64,000 bases of DNA, from the NCBI GenBank assembly GCA_050084985.1, contig JBITNC010000001.1, positions 93,434,001 to 93,498,000 on the forward strand. Direction: 5' to 3'. Below, piece by piece: positions 54,501 to 64,000 of this stretch. The notes beneath the pieces were generated by a model. It ran no database searches. It saw only the letters and a program-made list of their open reading frames with translations, and was not told the DNA's origin. How positions within the stretch are numbered: position 1 is the stretch's first letter; every line of letters begins with the position of its first letter. Source of the stretch: Nageia nagi. Its lineage: Eukaryota; Plantae; Pinophyta. Both the position numbers and the translations under genes were made by a program.

Positions 54501-55440
54501 CACCAATGGTTCTAAGAACTTTAGTAGTTCTTGAAATGGCATTATTTCACTAAGTGATCCAACCATTCACACCAAGAGGTCAAGGGATAATAGTCTAAAT
54601 GTATAAAATGTACTCTTTCATGGAGGGACATGGCAACAAGTAAGTGTTCATATACCATTGAGATTTGAAGATTCTTTCAAGAACATGAGTGTGTTTGATA
54701 TTGAACACTATTGGAGCATGATCAGATAGAGTAGTATTTAACACCATAGAAATAGGAGGAGATTGGGATATAAGATTCTCAAAACAAAAGGAATCTAAAT
54801 TTAAAACCATAGCTATATCAAGCCTTTTCAAAACTCAGTTGTTACCTACTTGTAAGTTAGACCAAGTAAACCAATGGGACTCTTGAAAATTGGTAGGTGA
54901 GAAGGCAAAATTCAGATCATATAGGCTAAGCTTGTTTTTGAGGAAAAACCAAGCTTCTCTTTCACCCAAATTCCATCAAAAAGGATTATGAATTTACTTA
55001 TCAACAAATTTTTCTAGCAATCCCCACATAAGACCCAAGTTGTAGGGGGTAAGGAGAAAGCTAACCAACTCCACAAAGATCACCTATCATGAGCATCATT
55101 TTAAGCATAAATATTAATAATACCTAAACATTTACCATGCAACTCCAATAAAGTCCAAACCACTTGATTTGAAGGGTCCACCCCCAAAGAGACCATATGT
55201 GACTATCATTATTGGGAACAACACCACTAGAACCATTAACATGGTTGGTATGAAAAAAGTACCACTTTGCCAGAGAAACTTACAAGTGCATTGTAAAAGA
55301 AAATCTATAATTTTAACTTCTTGAAGATAAACAAAATCAATAGTACCAAATTGGAGATTGATATCAGTTATCTCATCTCAGACCATATATTTATGAGTTA
55401 GGTCCATTAACCCTCTTACATTCCATGAGAAAAAAATCAT
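51600..55440 (-). pseudogene. LINE ORF2 (APE endonuclease, RT, zf-RVT) pseudogene
   Basis: SWNVRGL at ~55410, LQEVK, LSDHAPI, NWRPITLLNVSYKIISKALA, IDFENAYDRIEW, RQGCPLS, FKFLGIP and WILLHQGIPIG. Confidence 0.93.
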
Positions 55441-55499
55441 GAGTTACTACATAGGGTTTGAAGTTCCATATCATCCCCTATGGAACCCATGTCTTGTAA

Positions 55500-56650
55500 A
55501 ACTACAAACCCATTACCCTCTCTAAGTTGTTCATCAACCTAAAAGTTTTTTTCCAAAGGTTCTTCATGAGATCCTCTTTGAAGATTAGAAGTTCAACCAA
55601 TTTTATGACCAAAGTTCCCTTCAGCACCTTAGGAATAAGGAGGAGTAGAAACAACAATAGCAAAATAAGGTCTTGACCACACATTATGAACAGGCTAACT
55701 AGAAGAGGCATTTTGATCCATAACAATAACTTTTGGACTAGGAGGGCTTTCAGGAAAAGGAACTAGAGCAGGGTGAGATGGCTAAGTGATAGTTTCTTGT
55801 AAAATAAATTGGCAGTTACAATGGTTAGAAACTATTTTCCATTCCTCATCCCCTTTAGAGAGAGTTTGAGCTAGCGCATCAGGATGCTCTAGAGAGATAA
55901 GTATTTTTTCTTTGTATCAACTTACCATGAGAGGGAAATCCTTAATCTTGTGAAGGGAAGATTGATAGCAAAAACATGTGTTAGTTAAACCAATATATTA
56001 AACCTTTTGCATAAAAGATTAATTTCCAATAGCAATTTTAATTTCTTTTGGCCTGTCCTTGGTGATATCAAGTTTGACACAAACATGATAAGAAGGCCAA
56101 GCTATGAAAAAATGTTCAAGTTCATAACACACAAAAGTTCTAATTTGTTCAGCAATGGGTTTAAGAAAACTCCACATAGGAATAAGGAGTTTCAAAAACT
56201 AAATCTAAATAGGGACTTTTGTAGTAGAATTTTGTTCTATAAAGAACTACCTAGTAAAAGGATGAAAGACTAATAGGGAGTTTCCAAGTTTCCAAGGTCA
56301 TTTAGTCAAAGTTTTCTATGCCTAATAGACTTCAACAAAATAAAAAAGACAAAAACCCTTAGTAAAATTGTGGACATTGTCTACTTTAATAACATATGGG
56401 CCCCAAACCTATTGAACCCAAGTATGCAGCATGGAATCATTAGGAATACATCCTAGGAAGTACCCAACTAGGGTGTGAGATTTAAACTATTGACATGCAA
56501 AGTTAAAATCACTTGTAGGGACTAAAATTCTAGGAATGGGAGAATTACCTCATGCTCAACCATTAGAAGGAATTTTCTCAAATGTTTACTGATCACCATT
56601 GCACATACCATCAACCTCTATCGAGGTAAAATAGGAGAAAGAGGCCATAC
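55500..56650 (-). pseudogene. LINE ORF1 (DUF4283-like + zinc knuckle) remnant
   Basis: HTLVGYFLG...TWVQ*VWG, KGFCLF and a decayed knuckle TCFCYQSSLHKIKDFP at ~55935-55980, upstream of ORF2. Confidence 0.7.
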
Positions 56651-58380
56651 TTAACCCAAATAGCTATTGCCAAAGGTGGCAAAAGGAAAACTATAATCAA
56701 TGCAAATTAATACAAGTATTCCATAGCATTCCATGAATGCATGGTGTGAAAACCAAGGCTAAGCAATATGAATATGTAGGTGGTGGTGGCACTTCAAACC
56801 CTAGTAGCCAGAGTTCTATGGGAGCACAAAACTAGAACAACTAATTTAATCTAAGTCTTTAGTATTTTATCTAAAAACTAAATTTTAAATAAATAAAATA
56901 AATCATATATTTTAGATACTTAGTTACCTTTTAAAAACCATCAAATATCTAAAATATTAATGCTAAATATTATAGATACTTAATTAAACCATTAAATATC
57001 TTGAGATTAATGCATATAAAATACCAAACAATTTAATATATATTTTTCTTTTGCATTAACTATTTATTTTTATTTTGTAGACCAAATTAAATAGCCAAAA
57101 AAGGTAAGCATTTTTCTCAAACACAAAAAACCATGCAACATAAGGGAAAAATGGAGCTCTTTTGCCAATAAGACAACCTCCTTTCTCTCAATCATACAAC
57201 ATAATAAAATGCTTAGATGCATTCATACTTCCCTTGTGGGTTAAGGCATCATCTTCAAGTCTAATTTACATCCAATTAAGGGATCCACTCACTTGGGCAC
57301 CTATTCTTATAAACACATCAATTCCAATCAGTGTCAAATTCATAAGAATTTATGAAATAATAATTCATAATATTATTCAAACATAAATATGCTTATCACA
57401 ATATTTTTCTAAATGCATAAAATAGTCTTAAGAGGAGGGTCACCACACATAATTTTACCTAAACTTATCTTTTTTTTCAAAAAAAAAAAAATTAATGGAG
57501 AATTGTCTATAGATTGTTCACATATAATGTTTTCTTAATTCTTAAAAGAAATTTGTTAAAAAAGTAATAGAACCTAATTTGTTAAGTTTAAGGACCAACT
57601 TCATTGAAAATCAATTTATAAATAGAAAATATGATCAAATTATTAAAAAACAATTCATATTTATAATCTACACTCTTTGATCTAAAATGGGTTTTAATTT
57701 CATCAAAAAACTTGATCAAACATTTGTTAGAAGTCATGATTTGTCACTCCTATTGCCATGAACAAGAAGTTGTAGGTATAAGGCTAATACTTGGCCCACC
57801 AAGCATTTTCCAAGTCTAAACTTGAACCTAAATTCAAAAAACAAAATTTTATTTTAAAATAAAATTTTGTTATAAACAAAATTACATTTTATAATAAAAT
57901 TTTATTCCTTATGTACCTATTGTTGAAAATAGTACTTTGGATAGTACTATATCTAGATTTTGCTTCATTTTGTTTGTACTCTGCATCATCCTCAACTTTG
58001 AAAGTGACATTCTTACATTTTTCTAATGCAAAATTCTTGAGAATAAAGCCTATGTAATCAATTTTTTAATATCTTATCAAAGGTCGTAACTATTGCAATA
58101 TTTTTGAAGGTGAATAAGAATATTTGATGAAAAATGGATTTTTTAGAAGGAATAAAACTATCACTTTCATGAAAAAATTCTTGAGAAAAGAGAGTTTTTT
58201 AAGTTTTTTTTGATAATTTTGGTTATCAGTGGATTCAAAATATTGTCAGACAAAGAAAGTAAGGAGGAATTTGACACTTGAAGAAATTCAAGAGAATAAA
58301 GAGATAGATATGCAAAGATTGAAGGATCAATGTCAATTGCAATTGAGGAGGAGAATAATTAGGAGAATGTAATTGAAGAG

Positions 58381-60650
58381 ATGAATATGGATGATGCAAC
58401 CATGGAACATGTTTATATGATAGAATCTTCAAATCCAAGTACCTCTTCAAATCCAACATTGGATAAAGCTTCAAATCCAACCACATCTTCAAATCCACTA
58501 ATGAATGAAGCTTCAAGTCCAATGACTATGGATACAAATCTAGGCATTCCTTCAAATCCTCCTTTGAATAACATACAAAATGTGAATATCAAATTAAATT
58601 TAGATATGCCTTTCAACCCATATTTTGATAATGTAGATATCAATTCTAATCATGAAGAAATAGAAATAATAAATGATATTGAAAATCCTAGTTTTAACAA
58701 TTCTTTTGATAATGGTTTTTTTTTTTCAAATTGAAAGCAATATATTAGATAATTTCTTTGTAAGAAATTTTGGAGACAAATAAGAAGATACAAAAATATG
58801 GTATATGATAATTTTTTCTCTAAGTAAACATTAGGTTTTCAATGTCAACTCTTGTTGTAATTAATGATAATGCTAAAAAATGAGAAAAGTAAAGAAAAAT
58901 TTAGGCATTTTTATGAAGAAAGATGAACCCCTTAAACAAGTTATATCCATTGTTACTAGTGCCATTGACTCTATAGGGTAGAAGAGTTGATCTAAAGATA
59001 ATAATATGATATGTCGAGCTATAATTGTAAAACTTTGCGAAGAGTTTCAAAGAGAAGGTAAAGTATTGAAATTGATCTAGTCAACTAATGTTGGAGTTTC
59101 AGTGGTAGACTCCCATGTTCTAAAATAAAATTGAATAACCAAAATAAATCTTTAATTGAAAATTTTTAGAATGATAATACTAGGGTTTCATATAATACTA
59201 TATATGTTTTGAAACTAAAAGTAGGACAAAATAGTTATGATCCTTATGCTAAACACTATTAGATATGAATCAAACTAACTTTATATAAAAAATTTAAGTG
59301 AATCATTGTTACTATTTAATATTAGTCAAAGATCATTTGAAAAATGAAAACATTGGTATGTGAAAATAAACAAGAAAAGAGTATCATATTGTTGTAAGAC
59401 TCATATGCAATTTAGATATTATTATGATGTTTTTCAACACATTCATTATCCTTTTCATACTAATGATTTGATGTAAGAATATGGTATTACTAATATGCCT
59501 TCTGAAAAAATCAACGAGTTTATAGCAAGGTTGTTTTGTGAAACTCTTAATGAGCAATCATTTTATTTTAAGGAGTATATTTTTGGATAATGTAATAGAT
59601 GTGGTAACTTTTCATTTTTAGGAGGATGTATGCATGAAATAGTTGAACATGAATTTGAACAATAATTAGTGGATGTTAAAAAATTAAAGAATATTAAGTA
59701 TTATTTAAATGATGGAAAAATTGGAAAGTGTGTTGATTTGATCATTGAAAACATTAGTGTGCATACATTTATGGACGATTTTAATAGTAAGATACTACCC
59801 AAATATGTGCAACACTCCTAACATGCTTGATATCTTAATAGTCAATTTTTCTTATGTAGAAACACATTTTCAATCATAACTATATTATTAGTAGTTAACT
59901 TTGCAGAAAACTATACTCTTGCATCATAATAAGAAATTCAATCTTAGTATTATAATTTAGAGCAATTTTCCATTTTTGTTCATATTGTATATAGACATGT
60001 AGATGATAGTATAAAAGATAATAGGAAAATTTTAAAGGAATACCTTTTCTACATGAGTGATAACTAATTGCATTCATCAAAGTTTATCCAATATTGGTTC
60101 AAGGTATTTTACAACAATTTGAAGGAAAGAGAAATTCAAATGGTACAACATTAAATTTTGTTAGATAATTTTGCTAGATAATTTAAAAATGCAAGGATAT
60201 TTTATTGGCTAAGTAGGGTTTACAAAGAGAATATATCCAACATATGTGAAGTGTTTTTAAATATGGACATGGTAAAGGAGAACATGATGGAGTCGATGCA
60301 TGCATTAAAAGAACTCTTGCTAAATAGCAACCTATATTTGTAGAGACAACCAAATTCAAATATGCACATGCAATTGTGGATTGGTGTAATACAAAATTAT
60401 CTATAGGATCAATTGAGAATTCTACAATTCAATGATTCATTTGGTTAGTTGAGGAAGATAATATTATATTTCATCATGATTATAAGATAATTAGTGGATC
60501 AACAAAGTGATATTCATTTAAATGTTCAAATGCAAGCACATGGACTATATGGATAAGATATCTTGCATGTTTTTGTTAATTTTGTATTGTAGGTAATTGG
60601 GAAGCATGTACAAATAAAGAATGGAAATAAAGATCTTTGACACCTACAAA
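58381..60650 (+). pseudogene. DDD-type transposase pseudogene with Sola2-like motifs
   Basis: From 59882: VVNFAENYTL...EIQS*YY...QFSIFVHI...FYMSDN*LH...ILLDNFAR*FKNARIFYWL. After a frameshift: YGHGKGEHDGVDACIKR, and later LACFC*FC. An upstream Cys cluster (FG*CNRCG) lies at ~59580. The low-complexity SSNP ORF at 58381 may be the N-terminus. Confidence 0.7.
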
Positions 60651-60869
60651 ATCCAAGAAGTAGGAATTAAAGATAAGAATCAAGTTTTTAAATCATATTT
60701 CTATGATCATGTTTTAGACCTTGTAAAATAAGGTAATTTAATTCATTATATTTATATGAATAAATAATTATGTATATATGTTATATCTTACCTAATACAT
60801 TATAAATTAAATGACTATAGTCAAGAGTAATCAACCTTTTTTTATCATTGAATGTATACATAAAATTCT

Positions 60870-63403
60870 ATTCTTAGGTAATTAAATAAGGATAATAAGG
60901 ATAATATATTTCTTATTCGATGGTGTAGAGTGGTTCCAATATAAGAAGAATAGGTTGATTTACTTAAGTTCTAATTCTTCCTCCTTAAACATGAGGCAAA
61001 CATAAATCTAAATAATATCATCATCTCCTTGAATATCTACATCCCATACATATAAGTGACATTTAATGAAAAATATAATTCATCATATTCCTCTTGGTTC
61101 TTTAATATACATGTATTAACAACAATGATATGTGATAGTTCAATAAAATTTTAAACATGCCAACATGTTTGTATAAATATTGAACTATAGTTGTAAAGTT
61201 TGTCAAACTTTTGTATTTGTTGTGTGTGTAAATAAATAAGGATAATATATTAGCCTTAATTGAACATGTTTCTTATTTAATGGACCTCATAGAAACATTT
61301 AGTGTTTATTTGTAGAAAATTGGCTAAAATTTACACTTTTTGAATTCTTCATTTTGCTATATTGGCCCAATTCAACTTCTCACTAGTAGCCTTAATTTTA
61401 GGAAACAAAATATAAAACATTAGTACCTTCACCTTAAAATTATATTATATTTTTATATATTATAAGAATATAGTCAACATTACTAAATAGGTTTTGGTGA
61501 ATATTGTGTTAAGTTTATAGATGGAGTCATTTATTTCAAGGAATCATTGTTGTATATAAATAATAAGTGATTATTTATAATATCACATTCCTAGAATTCA
61601 AATCAAGGAGAGCAACATTATATGTAATACAAATGGTATGAATTGAGTTACAATTTATAGCCAAGGAAATTAATATAGTTTTTTGAATATAGCCATAGTG
61701 CTAAATTTATAGTGCTAAATAGCCAAGAATTTATAAAATAATTTTTGGGGGTCACCCTTAAAAGTTACTCTATCGATGGTGTTTGTAAAAGTCATATATC
61801 CATATGTATCATCTTTAAGTTGATTAAAGTGTATGTGTAATTTAGCAATATATGTGGTGTAGAGTGAGGCCAATATAATAAAAACATACATTGATTAAGT
61901 TCCAATTCTTCCTCCTTGAACATGAGTTGAACATCAATTTAAATAATCTCATCATCTCCTTGAATTATAATATGTAGCTTGATCGAATGGCAAATGAAAT
62001 TTTAATTTTCCTATGATAAGGAAGATAGATATATGATTATTTATGTTATTTATGTATTAGAGATATTAAAAATAGAATTCATCATAGTCCTCTTGGATAT
62101 TTAATATACATGTATTAAAAACAATAACATGTGATAGTTAAATACAATTTCAAAGTGTCCAACATGTATGTATAAATATTGAACTATAATTGAAAAGTTT
62201 GCTAACCTTTCATAATTGTTATGTTTGTAATTAAATAAGGATAATATATGTTGAAATTTTTTCCAAAATATTTGCTAAAATCATAGATTATATTCTCCTT
62301 AGGTAACAAAATAAGGATAATATGTTCTTATTCGATGGTGTTTGTAAAAGTCATATATCCATATGTAGCATCTTTAAGTTGATTAAAGTGTATGTGCAAT
62401 TTAGCAATATATGTGGAGTAGAGTGAGGTAAATATAAGAAAAACATAAATTGATTAAGTTCTAATTTTTCCTCCTTGAAAATGTGTCAAACATCAATCTA
62501 AATAATATCATCATCTCCTTGAATTATACTATGTAGCTTGATCAAATGGAAAATGAAATTTTTTATTTCCTATGATAAAGAAGATATATCTATGATTATT
62601 TGTGTTATTTATGAATTAGAAATCTTAAAAATATAATTCATCATATTCCTCTTGGCTCTTTACTATACATTTATTAATAATAATAACATGTTATAGTTCA
62701 ATACACTTTTAAAGAGTCCAACATGTATGTATAAAAATTGAACTATAATTGAAAAGTTTGCTAAACTTTCATAGTTGTTGTATTTGTAACTAAATAAGGA
62801 TAATATGTGTTGAAACATTTGCCAAAATATTCACTAAAATCATATATTATATTCTCCTTAGGTAACAAAATAATAATAATATGTTTCTTATTCGATGGTG
62901 TTTGTAAAATTCATATATCCCTATATATCATCTTTAAATTGATTAAAGTGTATGTGCAATTTAGCAATATATGTGGTGTAGAGTGACACCAATATAAGAA
63001 CATAAATTGATTAAATTAAGTTCTAATTCTTCCTTACTGAACATAAGGCCAACATCAATCTAAATAATCTCATCATCTCCTTTAATTATACTATGTAGCT
63101 CAATCAAATGGCTAATGAAATTTTTAATTTCCTATGATAAGGAAGATAGATCTATGATTATTTATGTTATTTATGTATTAGCAATATCAAAAATAGAATT
63201 CATCATAGTCCTATTGTGTCTTAAATATACATGTATTAACAACAATAACATGTGATAGTTCAATACACCTTTAAAAAGTCTAATATGTATGTATAAATAT
63301 TGAACTATAGTTGAAAAGTTTGCCAAACTTTCATATAAATATTCACTAAAATCATAGATTATATTATCTATAGGTAAATAAATAAGGATAATATTTTTCT
63401 TAT
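60870..63403. repeat. ~560-bp tandem array (three units plus one upstream partial copy)
   Basis: The marker tcgatggtgtttgtaaaa occurs at 61773, 62332 and 62892 (period 559-560). A related partial copy lies at ~60870-61250. Confidence 0.93.
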
Positions 63404-64000
63404 GTTTTTTTGAATATTTTTGTTTATGTTATTTATGTTTTAAACCACTCCTTCTCCCCCTCCCCTTCTGCCCTTCCCCTTCTTTCCCTCCCCTTATCAA
63501 GTAATTTGTGTGATCTATGTATGCATGAGTTGAAGAAATGTTGATGAGAAAAAAGATTTGTTTGTATTAGTTTATGAGAAAAAAGAGTGAATTGCCCAAC
63601 CAAAAGACTCATCCTATTAAATAAATTATTGAATTAGTAGGGATACCTATCCTAAGCATCCATCTAGCAATTTTGAATTACAAGATGTTAAGAATTAAAG
63701 TTTCCACTCAAGAATATGAAAGATAGAAGATGATAATTTATTTTTTCTCATTATTTCATTATCTTATGGCCATAAAAAGGATATAATATTGTTCAAATAC
63801 TCTATCAAAATCTATTAGTTCTACCTTTAAAGATAAAATTGTTCAAACTTTATAGATTTATGTAAGTACCAATATGAAGTAGATGATCATTAAGAAGATG
63901 TGTTTGTTTATTTTAAAAGGTTGTTTGTATTAGTTGACGAGAAAAAATAGTTATTTGTATTATTTTATTTATTATTAATTTTAATATGTGTTTAATTTCA

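Larger units (their letters stand above)
50840..56826 (-). mobile_element. L1-clade LINE, near full length, decayed
   Basis: A T-run at 50840-50848 marks the poly(A) tail. ORF2 and ORF1 remnants lie on the minus strand. The element interrupts LTR colinearity. Confidence 0.92.
39092..57447 (-). mobile_element. Full-length Tekay/Del chromovirus with ~4-kb LTRs; a LINE is nested in its 5' LTR
   Basis: Perfect 5-bp TSD cataa (39087-39091 and 57448-57452). PBS ctctgatacca at 48003-48013 and PPT at 43097-43110. Full gag-pol domain order is present. Confidence 0.95.
48016..57447 (-). repeat. 5' LTR, split by the LINE (48016-50839 and ~56827-57447)
   Basis: Starts (a)gaaacatcc 2 nt from the PBS and ends ggtcaccaca followed by the TSD. 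Confidence 0.92.

Noticed and set aside
38583-61760. Candidate TIR pair aggtgaagacccaaaatatttt / aaaataatttttgggggtcaccct for the Sola2-like element
   Set aside because: The match is short and gapped, there is no TSD, and the right copy lies inside the tandem-array region.

Overview
This window is AT-rich, CpG-depleted plant intergenic DNA made almost entirely of old, nested, stop-riddled transposable elements. I found no intact host gene, RNA gene or CRISPR array. The element mix and depth of decay suggest a large gymnosperm-type genome, which is an inference. From left to right: (1) the 3' end of a decayed + strand Ty3/gypsy element with a ~3.7 kb LTR (1-5710). (2) A minus-strand Tat/Ogre-like gypsy element (5711-~21410). 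It is interrupted by a non-autonomous hAT-like element carrying a double hairpin (7744-9619) and by a full-length Reina-like chromovirus (12943-18796). (3) A minus-strand Ty1/copia element (21429-29629) with a ~2.5 kb insertion at its gag start. (4) An orphan decayed ORF ending in an A-tail (29801-31338). (5) MULE, LTR, CACTA and LINE fragments (32100-38340). (6) A full-length Tekay/Del chromovirus with ~4 kb LTRs and a perfect TSD (39092-57447), whose 5' LTR holds a near full-length L1-type LINE. (7) A decayed transposase with Sola2-like motifs (~58380-60650), followed by a ~560-bp tandem array. I see no convincing new functional system. The most unusual items are the Sola2-like transposase in a seed-plant-like genome, the foldback hAT element and the A-tailed orphan ORF. 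All family assignments come from motifs read by eye, with no database search.
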